Of a DNA stretch of 64,000 nt, positions 8,746 to 17,724 are shown piece after piece. The first letter of the stretch is position 1, and each line of letters begins with the position of its first letter. A program made the translations under genes and the position numbers. The stretch is from an uncultured Spirochaetota bacterium (GTDB taxonomy: Bacteria > Spirochaetota > Spirochaetia > SZUA-6 > Fen-1364), in the NCBI GenBank assembly GCA_963781885.1, contig CAWAHW010000002.1, forward strand, positions 1 through 64,000. Direction: 5' to 3'. Under the pieces are notes generated by a model. It was given only the letters and a program-made list of their open reading frames with translations, was not told where the DNA came from and ran no database searches.

Positions 8746-10074
8746 CTACACCGCCATCATCGGCGTGAGGATCTGGCCCGTGGATTCCGCGGGCACTCCG
8801 GCGGCGTTGCCTTCATCGGTGTCGATGTGCATCTCCAGCGCAAAGGACGGGGAGGAGCGGACCACCACGCCTTCCACGATGGTGGCGCGGTCGCCCATGA
8901 GCCGGACGCTCACGTGACTGCCATTTTTCACGCCGATCCTGTCCGCATCGGCCGGCGTCATGTGGATGTGCCGCAGGGCCCGGATCACCCCCCGCGGGAT
9001 GGCGAGCTCTCCGGCCGGGCCGCGCAGCGTGATGCCGGGCGTACCCTCCAGCTTTCCGGACTCCCGCACCGGCGCCTGGATGCCGAGGGCGAACTGGTCC
9101 GTGCCCGAAATCTCCACCTGGGTCTCAGCGCGGACCGGGCCCAGGATGCGCACCTTCTCTATCGTCCCGTGCGGCCCCACGACCGCGACGGTTTCATTCG
9201 CCGCGAACTGCCCCGGCTGGTGGAGATCCTTCAGGTTCGTGAGGGCGGCGCCGGGACCGAAGAGCCGCGCCAGCGCGTCGGCGGTGACGTGCACGTGCCG
9301 CGCGGAGACACGGACGACCACCTCATGCACCTGGGCGTCTCCCTCGCGGCCCGAAAGTATCTCCGCGGAGAAGCGCGACCAGCAGGATGCCTTGGGGTTG
9401 CTGCGCACCTGGAGGAGGGACGCCTTCACGCGCTCCCGCGCAAGGGAGCCGTACTCGTCGCGGAAGCGGCGGTAGAAATCGAGGATGCGGCCGTGGTCGC
9501 TCACGTACCGGGCGGGCATCGCGTTGAGCGCCAGGGCGAACACGTTGCACCAGCATTGGCTGCACGAGCACAGGGCATCGGCCCGGATGGCGGCGCTCGT
9601 CTCCTCGCCGACGATCAGCTCCATGATGTTGTAGGGGGCGAAGCTCGACCCGGAGATGCGCCGCATGGCCGTGGCGGACCTGATGGTGGCGAGTATCCCT
9701 GCCACGCGCAGCTTCTCCGGTGTGCACAGCCGGAGCTCCGCGATGGCCTCCTCCAGCGGCTCTGCCGAGCGTGCGCAGCGCTTCCGCGCCTCCGCGAGCT
9801 TCTGCTCGCCGATCCACCCGAGTGCCAGGAGGATCTGTCCCGTGTCCGTCTGGTCGATCTCCTCCTGCGCCTGGGTCTTCAGGGCGCGCGTGACCTGGTC
9901 GGCGTCCGCCCAGCCCTTGCGCACTGCGATCTCACCGATGCGGGACTGCACGCCCACGGTCGCGTTCTCCCGTTGCTCGTCCAGGAGCATTCCGATCTGC
10001 TCCGCGCGCAGCGCATCGGCCTCCACGAGGTATTCTCCCAGGCGCCGCACCGACTCCGCGCTCTTCACGCTCAT
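8746..10074 (-). CDS. pduL: Fusion protein: N-terminal MshEN-like repeats, ComFB-like domain and PduL phosphate propanoyl/acetyltransferase
   Basis: PduL motifs 'VSARHVHV', 'QPGQFA', 'QVEISGTD', 'PVRESG', 'RHIHMTP', 'EMHIDTDEGNAAG'. ComFB-like 'YNIMELIV..CSCSQCWCNVFALALNAMPARYV..VRSNP'. MshEN-like 'RLGEYLVEADALRAEQIGMLLDEQ' and 'RIGEIAVRKGWADADQVTRALKTQ'. A GGAGG RBS precedes the ATG at 10074. Confidence 0.85.
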   Translation of the reverse strand: MSVKSAESVRRLGEYLVEADALRAEQIGMLLDEQRENATVGVQSRIGEIAVRKGWADADQVTRALKTQAQEEIDQTDTGQILLALGWIGEQKLAEARKRCARSAEPLEEAIAELRLCTPEKLRVAGILATIRSATAMRRISGSSFAPYNIMELIVGEETSAAIRADALCSCSQCWCNVFALALNAMPARYVSDHGRILDFYRRFRDEYGSLARERVKASLLQVRSNPKASCWSRFSAEILSGREGDAQVHEVVVRVSARHVHVTADALARLFGPGAALTNLKDLHQPGQFAANETVAVVGPHGTIEKVRILGPVRAETQVEISGTDQFALGIQAPVRESGKLEGTPGITLRGPAGELAIPRGVIRALRHIHMTPADADRIGVKNGSHVSVRLMGDRATIVEGVVVRSSPSFALEMHIDTDEGNAAGVPAESTGQILTPMMAV

Positions 10075-10224
10075 GCTGTCCTCCGCATTCTCTTCCGCCC
10101 GCTCCAATGGTGCGCCACCGGCGGTCGAGGGTCAAGTCGGGCGGGGCATTTGCGCACCCGCGGTCACGCGAGGCCTTGCATCGGGCGCGCGGTGGGGGCT
10201 ACCCTGCGCGGGGGAGGGGACCGC

Positions 10225-11016
10225 GTGAAAGTGACGGTCGCGTGCGGACAGTTTGCGCCCGCACCGGGTGACATCGCCGCGAACCTTGACACGATCGCGG
10301 CACAGGCCCGCCAGGCCGCGCGCCGGGGAGCGGCTTTGCTCGTGCTTCCCGAGCTCTGCCTCTCCGGCTACCCCTCGGCTGCCGCGGCGCCCGGCGGGGC
10401 CGTGGAGGCGGGAAGCGCGGCACGCCAGGCCCTTGCCGATTGCGCGCGCGCGGAAGGCATCGGTCTCTGCGTCGGCGTTGTCGAGCGCAGCGGGCAATCC
10501 CTTTTCAACAGCATGATTTCCATCGACGAAACGGGCGTCACCCGGGCAGTCTACCGCAAGGTCCATCTGTGGGTGAGCGAAAAGGAATGGGCGACCCCGG
10601 GGAAAAGTCTGGCCGGCTTCGACCCCGGGCCTCGTCTCCCCGGGTTTCGCGCGGGCATGTGGATCTGCTACGACACGCGTTTCCCCGAATGTGCCCGCCG
10701 CCTGGCGCGTGACGGGGTCTCTCTCGGGCTGGTGGGCTCGGCATGGTTCGGCCCCGCCGACGAATGGGAGCTCGCCGTGCGGGCGCGCGCGCTGGACAAC
10801 GGCATGTACGTCGCTGCCGCGGCGGTGCAGGGCTCATTCGGCGAGGCGGCGTTCCACGGCGGCAGCCTCATCGTGGACCCGCACGGTCGCGTCCTTGCCC
10901 GCGGCAGCGAGGGCCGGCAGGAAGTGATCGCCGCCGCCTGTGACACCGAGGAGATCGAACGCTTCCGCGCGCGCCTGCCCCTGCTTTCCGACCTGCGGCC
11001 CGAAGCGTATGCGTAA
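10225..11016 (+). CDS. Carbon-nitrogen hydrolase (nitrilase/amidase family)
   Basis: Catalytic triad contexts 'LVLPEL', 'YRKVHL' and 'ICYDTRFPE', plus 'RARALDNG'. GTG start after GGAGGGG. Confidence 0.9.
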   Translation: MKVTVACGQFAPAPGDIAANLDTIAAQARQAARRGAALLVLPELCLSGYPSAAAAPGGAVEAGSAARQALADCARAEGIGLCVGVVERSGQSLFNSMISIDETGVTRAVYRKVHLWVSEKEWATPGKSLAGFDPGPRLPGFRAGMWICYDTRFPECARRLARDGVSLGLVGSAWFGPADEWELAVRARALDNGMYVAAAAVQGSFGEAAFHGGSLIVDPHGRVLARGSEGRQEVIAAACDTEEIERFRARLPLLSDLRPEAYA

Positions 11017-11734
11017 GCCATTTTCGGAGACGGACCTCGCGGAGCCGCTGTACGCGCACCTTGCAAAGGAAGGCTACACGGTGCGCAGCGAGGTGAAGGA
11101 CTGCGACATCGCCGCGGTGAAGGGAAGCGACCTTCTCATCATCGAGCTGAAAAAGACGCTGAACCTCGCCCTTGTCGTGCAGGCGGTGCGCCGCCAGAGG
11201 CTGACCGACTCGGTCTATGTCGCCATCCCCCGGCCCTCCAACAAGTGGAAATGGTGGAAGGAGAGCAGGGGAGCCCAGCATCTCCTGCGCCGGCTGGAGC
11301 TCGGGCTCATCCTCGTCTCGCGCGAACGCGGCAAGCCGCCGGTGGAAGTGGTGTTTCACCCGTTGCCGTTTGCGCGGCGCAGGCGCGCGGTCTCCCGACG
11401 GGCCGTCCTGGAGGAGATCGCGCACCGTTCGGCGGACTACAACAAGGCGGGCAGCACGCGCACGAAGCTCGCCACCGCCTACCGGGAGAACGCGATCTTC
11501 ATCGCCTGCTGCCTTCTCCTCACGGGAAACACCAGCCCCGCCGCGCTGCGCGCGATGGGCACGGGGGAGAAAACCCTCTCCATCTTGCGATTCAACGCCT
11601 ATGGCTGGTTCGAGCGCATGGAGAAGGGAGTCTATGGCCTCTCGTCGCACGCAGCCGCCGACCTTGCGGCGTGGCCGGCGCTGAAGAAAAAATACATGGC
11701 GCGCGCGCGCCGCGCGATGCAGAGGAAATCATAG
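11009..11734 (+). CDS. DUF2161 family putative PD-(D/E)XK phosphodiesterase
   Basis: 'ETDL..P...GY.VRSEVKDCDIAAVK...IIELK..LNL.LV.QAVRRQ..TAYRE..NAYGWFER..KGVYGL'. Confidence 0.82.
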   Translation: MRKPFSETDLAEPLYAHLAKEGYTVRSEVKDCDIAAVKGSDLLIIELKKTLNLALVVQAVRRQRLTDSVYVAIPRPSNKWKWWKESRGAQHLLRRLELGLILVSRERGKPPVEVVFHPLPFARRRRAVSRRAVLEEIAHRSADYNKAGSTRTKLATAYRENAIFIACCLLLTGNTSPAALRAMGTGEKTLSILRFNAYGWFERMEKGVYGLSSHAAADLAAWPALKKKYMARARRAMQRKS

Positions 11735-11815
11735 GGACGCGGCGCGGCGGGAAGCCCAGGAAGCGTCCCGGATTGCACACATGCCCGGAGCGCGGTATTG
11801 TTCTGACAGAAGGGG

Positions 11816-12100
11816 ATGACCGTGACGTTTCAACATGTGGAAGGAACGGACAAGGGTAAGATCGTTTTGTATACCCTCAGTACGTGCATGTGGTGCAGGA
11901 TGGCGAAGAATCTCCTCCGCGACATGGGGGTGGGCTACGAGTTCATCGACGTGGACACGCTCCCAACGGAGGAGAAGGACGAGGTGAAGAAGGAAATCAA
12001 GCGGTGGAATCCGGACGGCTCTTATCCCACCATGGTGATCAATGACAACCTCTGCGTCTCGGGATTCGACGAGGCGGAGTTCCGGGAGAAGATCAAGTGA
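11816..12100 (+). CDS. Glutaredoxin-like protein (CMWC)
   Basis: 'LYTLSTCMWCRMAK' and 'SYPTMVI..GFDE'. Confidence 0.9.
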   Translation: MTVTFQHVEGTDKGKIVLYTLSTCMWCRMAKNLLRDMGVGYEFIDVDTLPTEEKDEVKKEIKRWNPDGSYPTMVINDNLCVSGFDEAEFREKIK

Positions 12101-12705
12101 GCGGCACCTCCGGGCAGCCTGAGGTGACCAGGGAAGAGGTGGAGAAGCTCTTCGAAAGGCTCGACCAGGAAGCGGAGAGCGCGGGCTACCACCTGAACCC
12201 GAACAAGGAGTTCACGCTCGGCTTGATCGAAGGCATGCTCGTGAACGAGCGCCGTTATGGGTACTGGGCCTGCCCGTGCCGTCTTGCATCCGGAAAAAAA
12301 CCTGAAGACCTGGACATCATCTGCCCCTGCGACTATCGCGATCCCGACATCGCCCAGTACGGCACCTGTTACTGCGGCCTCTATGTGTCCCAGGACGTCG
12401 TGGACGGCAAGAGAAAAGTGACGCGCATCCCCGAGCGCCGTCCCGCGGAGCGCATGAGCGCCACGGTACCCCGTGGCATTCATGACGCCACGGTACCCCG
12501 TGGCGGGGACGGGGGCGGCAGCGGCGACCCAGCGGGCGCGGGGAGCGGCGCGCGACCCGCGGCTCCCGACCTGCCGGACCTTGCCGGCATCCGTTATCCC
12601 GTGTGGCGCTGCAGGGTCTGCGGCTATCTCTGCGCCCGGGACGGCCCGCCCGAGGTCTGCCCGATCTGCCGGGCAAAAAAGGATAGGTTCGAGAGATTCC
12701 TCTAG
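12097..12705 (+). CDS. Ferredoxin:thioredoxin/glutaredoxin reductase catalytic subunit with C-terminal rubredoxin-like domain (FDR type)
   Basis: 'WACPCRL..ICPCDY..CYCGLY' (FTR-beta) followed by 'WRCRVCGYLC..PPEVCPIC'. Coupled to the glutaredoxin by a GTGA overlap. Confidence 0.88.
   Translation: MSGTSGQPEVTREEVEKLFERLDQEAESAGYHLNPNKEFTLGLIEGMLVNERRYGYWACPCRLASGKKPEDLDIICPCDYRDPDIAQYGTCYCGLYVSQDVVDGKRKVTRIPERRPAERMSATVPRGIHDATVPRGGDGGGSGDPAGAGSGARPAAPDLPDLAGIRYPVWRCRVCGYLCARDGPPEVCPICRAKKDRFERFL
12453..12504. repeat. Two tandem copies of the palindromic unit GCCACGG-TACC-CCGTGGC (27-nt period) inside the FTR-rubredoxin linker
   Basis: Copies at 12460-12477 and 12487-12504. They encode ATVPRG twice. 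Confidence 0.85.
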
Positions 12706-13952
12706 TCGGGACCGCGCGCCGGCCCGGGGAGGGAAAGGCCGGCGCCGGCCTCATCCTCTTCCATGAGCGATTCGATGCGTCTTTCGGCGCCGGGCCTGCC
12801 GTGGACGAGATTGACGAGCTCCTGGAACTTCTCTTTGTCCGCAAGACGCGCAAGGACCGGAAAGTCCTGGCGGAGCACGCGAAAGCCCCACGCCGTGTCG
12901 ATCTTCATACTCGCCGTCCGCGAGCTGCCGCGCGTGCCGCTCTCCAGGCTCCGCAAATGGCGGTATTCCTCGTCCACGACGCTGCTCACGCCCTTGCCGG
13001 CGATCCTCCGCACGACGTCCATGCGCACGAGCTCCATCACGCGGTCGAGATTCGTCCCGCTGCGGAAGGTGACGGGAAGCGGGATGGGAACGAGCATCTC
13101 GCCGTCGTTGGTGTAGCCGGTCATGCCGTCGGTGTAGAAGCCGTTTTCCAGCAGCACGGGGGTGGGCCGCGGGAAGAATCGGAGCTTCTTCCACTCTTCC
13201 ACCTTTTCCCGGGCGCGGCGTATTTCCTCCTGGAGGGATGAGCTTCCCGGGCTTTGGGCGAGGCTTTTTTCCAGCTCCGGGATGAAATCGTTTTCCATGT
13301 AGAAGATGGCCTGGGTGAGAGGGAGCTTCATTTTCTGCGATGAGTAGGTGACCTCGTGGCCCTCCTCGATGCCATAGGGAGGCCGCTCGGGATGCTCCCG
13401 CACCATCACGGGGAAAAGACGCAGCAAGAGCCTTCTGATGAAGGGCGGATAGTCCTCCACCTCCAGGGGCGGGTACATGTCATCGGGGCCGATGTACTTA
13501 CGCACTGCCGCGGCAATTGTCCGCGCGAGGATGCGGCGCCGCCGTGTGTCCGTCTGCCGCGCCTCCAGGTACGAGCCGCCGCCGGCCAGCAGGAATTGCT
13601 GGAGCCGTTCCCGGAAGGCCGCATACGGCGGACGCGCCTGCACGCTTCCCTTCTGGTCCTCCGAGACATTCTCCGCCAGGAGCGCGTCCACCATGCGCAG
13701 GGCCGCAAGCGACGTCTCCGTGATGCGCGTCTCCAGCGCTTCGCGGGAGCCTTCCGCCGCCGGTGAGGCGGCGAGCGCCATGAGCTGCAGGCAGAGGGAT
13801 ATCCGGGTCGTGGCGAGGGTCAGGGTGAGATCGATGTCCTTGAGACCGGACACGCTCTCCCGCAGCGAGCGCACCTCGGCGTCCAGCCGCGCCTCCTCCT
13901 CCGCGAGACGTCGGGTTTCTATGGAAAGGAGATCCTCCGGAAGCGATTCCAT
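12702..13952 (-). CDS. Hypothetical protein (~416 aa, coiled-coil N-terminus)
   Basis: Long ORF with coding-like composition. GAGGA precedes the ATG at 13952. The alternative start at 14027 would collide with the divergent MFS start. Confidence 0.7.
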   Translation of the reverse strand: MESLPEDLLSIETRRLAEEEARLDAEVRSLRESVSGLKDIDLTLTLATTRISLCLQLMALAASPAAEGSREALETRITETSLAALRMVDALLAENVSEDQKGSVQARPPYAAFRERLQQFLLAGGGSYLEARQTDTRRRRILARTIAAAVRKYIGPDDMYPPLEVEDYPPFIRRLLLRLFPVMVREHPERPPYGIEEGHEVTYSSQKMKLPLTQAIFYMENDFIPELEKSLAQSPGSSSLQEEIRRAREKVEEWKKLRFFPRPTPVLLENGFYTDGMTGYTNDGEMLVPIPLPVTFRSGTNLDRVMELVRMDVVRRIAGKGVSSVVDEEYRHLRSLESGTRGSSRTASMKIDTAWGFRVLRQDFPVLARLADKEKFQELVNLVHGRPGAERRIESLMEEDEAGAGLSLPGPARGPD

Positions 13953-14025
13953 GTGTTCCTCATTGAAAGTATAGGGGCGCACGGTCGCTTTTCCAAGCTC
14001 CCCGTCTCTACTATAGTAGATCTGC

Positions 14026-15264
14026 ATGCAGGAACACGTCGGCGCAGCGGCAAGTGCGCGGAGAACATTTGCCGCGCTCGCCTACCCCAATTATCGTCTG
14101 TGGTTCTTTGGACAGATGACCTCCCTCTTCGGCACGTGGATGCAGTCAACGGCGCAGGGATATCTCGTCTTCGAGCTCACGCATTCCGAGGTCTACCTGG
14201 GGTACGTGGGCTTCGCCTCGGGGATCGCGACGTGGATGTTCACGCTCTACGGCGGGGTCATCGCGGACCGCATCCCGCGTCGTCGTCTCCTCGTGATCAC
14301 GCAGACCTTCAGCATGCTGCTGGCCTTCACCCTTTCCCTCCTGGTGTTCCTCCGGGTCGTCGCGCCGTGGCACATCATCCTGCTCGCGTTCGGCCTCGGC
14401 GTGGTGAATGCATTCGACGCCCCGGCGCGCCAGTCCTTCGTGCTGGAGATGGTGGACAGGCCCGTCCTCACGAACGCCATCGCCCTGAACTCCACGATGT
14501 TCAACACCGCCACGGCGATCGGACCCGCCATCGGGGGTCTCACGTACGCGGCATTCGGCCCCGGCTGGTGCTTCGCGCTCAATGGCGCCTCCTTCATCGC
14601 CGTGATCGGGGCGCTGCTCGCGATGCGTCTGCAGCCAATGGAGGCCCGCGCCTCCGCCGGCTCGGCGTTCGCGGACATCCGCGAGGGCATCCGCGCCGTG
14701 CGCGTCGACAAGCGCATCCTCGCCATCATCTGCCTGCTGGGCGGCCTCAGCCTCTTCGCAAACGCCTTCTCCGTGCTCCTCCCTGCCTGGGCGGTGCAGG
14801 TCCTCAACGGCGATGCGCTCACCAACGGTGTGCTCACCTCTGCGCGCGGCCTCGGCGCGCTGCTCGCCGCGCTCAGCATCGCCTCCCTTTCTCACCGGCT
14901 TCGCAAAGGGCGCATCATGACCATTGCGAGCGTGGTTTTCCCCTTCACGCTGGTGCTCTTCTCCCTCACCCGCTCGCTGCCGTTGTCGCTCCTCACGATC
15001 TTCGGCGTGGGTGCGGCGAATATTCTGGTGGTGAATCTCGCCAACGCGCTCGTGCAAGGCCTCGTCGCGGACGGCGTCCGCGGCAGGGTGATGGGCATCT
15101 ATATGCTGTCCTTCTTCGGATTCATGCCCGTGGGCGCGATAATCGCCGGCGCGGCGGCGACGGCAATCGGCGCCCCCCGGACCATCGCCCTCGGCGCGGC
15201 GTGCTTCCTCGTCTGCTCCCTGGTCGTGATTCTCCTGGTTCCCTCGCTGCGGAGGCGTGCATGA
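14026..15264 (+). CDS. MFS transporter (MFS_3/DUF894-like)
   Basis: 'NYRLWFFGQMTSLFGTWMQ', 'GGVIADRIPRRRLL', 'AFDAPARQSFV' and 'RGRVMGIY', with about 12 TM segments. Confidence 0.92.
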   Translation: MQEHVGAAASARRTFAALAYPNYRLWFFGQMTSLFGTWMQSTAQGYLVFELTHSEVYLGYVGFASGIATWMFTLYGGVIADRIPRRRLLVITQTFSMLLAFTLSLLVFLRVVAPWHIILLAFGLGVVNAFDAPARQSFVLEMVDRPVLTNAIALNSTMFNTATAIGPAIGGLTYAAFGPGWCFALNGASFIAVIGALLAMRLQPMEARASAGSAFADIREGIRAVRVDKRILAIICLLGGLSLFANAFSVLLPAWAVQVLNGDALTNGVLTSARGLGALLAALSIASLSHRLRKGRIMTIASVVFPFTLVLFSLTRSLPLSLLTIFGVGAANILVVNLANALVQGLVADGVRGRVMGIYMLSFFGFMPVGAIIAGAAATAIGAPRTIALGAACFLVCSLVVILLVPSLRRRA

Positions 15265-15632
15265 TCGAGTGGTTCAACAGGGTGGTCCTGGGCTGGGTCC
15301 AGGAGACGATGAACGCGGCGCGCGCGAATTACGGGGTGAATCCCGTGATCTTCATCATCATTTATTTCGCCTCGGTGCCCGTCTTCTACTATTCGATATT
15401 CCGGATGGTGCGCGCGCTTGCGAAGAAGCTCCAGACCGAGATCATGATATGGAGCATGATCTTCCTGGCGGCAACCGCCGCGCCCTTCATCTACGTGCTG
15501 CTCTTCGGGCGGAATCTCCCGTGGTGGGTCTACGTCATCATCGGGCTTCTCATCGGACAGGGCGTCTATTCGCTGATCCGCAAACTCACGAAGAAGCCCC
15601 CGGCGTCTCCGCCGCCGCCGCCCGCCCCGTAG
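15261..15632 (+). CDS. Small hypothetical membrane protein
   Basis: ATGA overlap with the MFS stop, three hydrophobic segments and a Pro-rich tail. Confidence 0.7.
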   Translation: MIEWFNRVVLGWVQETMNAARANYGVNPVIFIIIYFASVPVFYYSIFRMVRALAKKLQTEIMIWSMIFLAATAAPFIYVLLFGRNLPWWVYVIIGLLIGQGVYSLIRKLTKKPPASPPPPPAP

Positions 15633-15635
15633 CGG

Positions 15636-16439
15636 CTACCCTTTGCCCGCCTCAACCTCGAGGCGGACCATGCCGACGGTCGCGTTGCCCTCCGCATCGA
15701 GTGGATGCCGGGCCACGAAACGCTCCGCTGCCTCCCGGATGAATGCCTCGCGCCGGTCCTCGGGAAGCCGCGCGGTGTAGGGCATCCACGTGGTGCGGAC
15801 CCATCCCGCGAGCCCCTCGATTCCTTTCTGCTTCATCGGCCGCGGGAGGAGCTCGATGCGTCGAATGTGAAGGCCCGCCTCCCCGCACCAGCGCGCGTAT
15901 TCCTCGGGACCGTAGAAGCCCCAGGGGAAATCGAATCCCCCGAAAAAAGCGGCCCACCGGGCGTCACGCAGCATCTCCTCCGCAACGGCGAAGATTTCAG
16001 CGCCATTCCCCCTGCCGCCCATCTGGAAGAGCACCCGTCCCCCATCCTTGAGCGCGCGCGCCACCCCCGCGAGCACCGGCACGTGGTCCTTCACCCAGTG
16101 CAGCGCGGCATTGGAAAAGGCAACGTCGAACTCGCCGTCGAAGGGGAGCGCGCGCGCGTCGGCCACCTGGAAGCCGAGATTCGGCACGACTGCCGCCGGA
16201 AACCTGTCGCGCGCCAGCCGGATCATGTCGATCGAGGAATCGACGCCGACCACGCGGCCCTTCGGCAGGAGACGCGCGATCTCCGCCGTCACCTTGCCGT
16301 CCCCGCAGCCGATATCGAGCACCGTCTCCGCGCCGCCGAGGCTGAGCTTGCCCATCAGCTCGCGCGCCCAGCCCTGCTGCGCGGCGGAGCGGCGGGCGTA
16401 TTCCGCGGCGTCCCATCGATACGATTCGCTGCCGCTCAT
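15636..16439 (-). CDS. Class I SAM-dependent methyltransferase (trans-aconitate methyltransferase-like)
   Basis: 'WDAAEY..S..Q..W', 'VLDIGCGDGKVT' and 'FDVAFSNAALHWV'. Confidence 0.88.
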   Translation of the reverse strand: MSGSESYRWDAAEYARRSAAQQGWARELMGKLSLGGAETVLDIGCGDGKVTAEIARLLPKGRVVGVDSSIDMIRLARDRFPAAVVPNLGFQVADARALPFDGEFDVAFSNAALHWVKDHVPVLAGVARALKDGGRVLFQMGGRGNGAEIFAVAEEMLRDARWAAFFGGFDFPWGFYGPEEYARWCGEAGLHIRRIELLPRPMKQKGIEGLAGWVRTTWMPYTARLPEDRREAFIREAAERFVARHPLDAEGNATVGMVRLEVEAGKG

Positions 16440-17722
16440 GCGCCGCTCCGCGCAATGGCCGCGAGGCACGAGACGAGCGTCCGCACCTCCTCCGCGGTGG
16501 TGTAGTGAACGGCGCCGATGCGCACCATGCCGCCGGTTTCTTCGAGGCCCAGGCGGGTCGTGACCTCAGGGGCATAGTAGTTTCCATTCCAGGCGCTGAT
16601 ACCGGCCGCGTCCAGCTTTTCACAGACGGCGCGGGGGTGAACGCCCTTTATCGTGAAGGAGTAGGTCGCCACCCTCTGCGCGAGCCGGGCGGGGTCCGTG
16701 ATGCCGTGGATGGCAAGACCCTTGATCGAGCCGAGCCCCTCGAGGAGCTGGCGGCTGAGACCCCGCTCATACGCGCGAATGGTCTCCATGGCGGCGCGCA
16801 GCGCATCCTTCCGCGAGCCCTTTTCAACCGAAGAACCGAACGTGCGCCCCACCCATTCAAAGTATTCGACTGCGCCCAGGACCCCGGCGATGGATTCGAA
16901 GCTCTGCGTCCCCGTCTCCCACTTGCCGGGGGGCGCGTCGCTCGAGGGTCTCACCTTGTACGCCTCCAGCCGTTCCATGAGGTCGTGCCTTCCCCAAAGG
17001 ACGCCGGTATGGGGACCGAAGAACTTGTACGCCGAGCAGACGAGCATGTCGCAGCCCAGCGCGACCGCGTCGATGCGCCCATGCGGGGCATAGTGCACCG
17101 CGTCGACGAAACAGAGGGCGCCGGCGTCGTGCGCCACCTTCACCGCATCGGCGACCGGGTTGATGGTGCCCGCGGCATTCGACGCGTACCCGACGGCGAC
17201 GATCTTCGTGCGCGTCGTGACGGCCCGGGCCAGGCCTTCCGCGCTCCACGTGCAATCCGCGGTATCGAAGTCGACCCACCGCACAACGCAGTCACGGTCC
17301 CGCGCGACAAGCAGCCACGGCGCGATGTTCGCGTCATGGTCGAGCCGTGTCACCACCACCTCATCCCCCGGCCGCAGGGTGCGTGCAAGGCTGCGCGAGA
17401 CGTGCAGGGTGAGTGACGTCATGTTCTGGCCGAAGGAGATCTCCTCCGGCCGGGCCGCGCCGAGGAAGTCCGCCATCGCGGCGCGCGCCTCCAGGACCAT
17501 CGCATCCGATTCCCGGCTCGCGCGGAAGACTCCCTCATGATTGGCGTTCCTGTTCACCAGGTAATCGTTCATGCGTGAAAGGGCCTCGGAGGCGATCTGG
17601 GTGCCGGCGGGATTATCGAAAAAGATCGGGGCCGGAGAGCTCCGACGCGACGGGTCCAGGGCAGGGAAATGGGCGCGGACCGCCGCGGGATCGAACGTTG
17701 CAGCGCGCTTTTCGCTTTCCAT
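16436..17722 (-). CDS. Cysteine desulfurase-like PLP protein (class V aminotransferase, VC1184 subfamily)
   Basis: 'FFDNPAGTQ', 'TRLDHDANIAPW', 'FVDAVHYAPH', 'CSAYKFFGPH' and 'WETGTQ'. Confidence 0.9.
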   Translation of the reverse strand: MESEKRAATFDPAAVRAHFPALDPSRRSSPAPIFFDNPAGTQIASEALSRMNDYLVNRNANHEGVFRASRESDAMVLEARAAMADFLGAARPEEISFGQNMTSLTLHVSRSLARTLRPGDEVVVTRLDHDANIAPWLLVARDRDCVVRWVDFDTADCTWSAEGLARAVTTRTKIVAVGYASNAAGTINPVADAVKVAHDAGALCFVDAVHYAPHGRIDAVALGCDMLVCSAYKFFGPHTGVLWGRHDLMERLEAYKVRPSSDAPPGKWETGTQSFESIAGVLGAVEYFEWVGRTFGSSVEKGSRKDALRAAMETIRAYERGLSRQLLEGLGSIKGLAIHGITDPARLAQRVATYSFTIKGVHPRAVCEKLDAAGISAWNGNYYAPEVTTRLGLEETGGMVRIGAVHYTTAEEVRTLVSCLAAIARSGA

Positions 17723-17724
17723 GG

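Noticed and set aside
8515-10224. N-terminal 570 aa of the 833-aa ORF ending in the nitrilase
   Set aside because: It is antisense to the PduL fusion. The nitrilase has its own RBS and GTG at 10225.
7536-11734. Anti-phage defence island (two PD-(D/E)XK-like proteins)
   Set aside because: The two genes are in separate transcription units among metabolic genes. There are no ATPase, methylase, toxin or mobility genes nearby.
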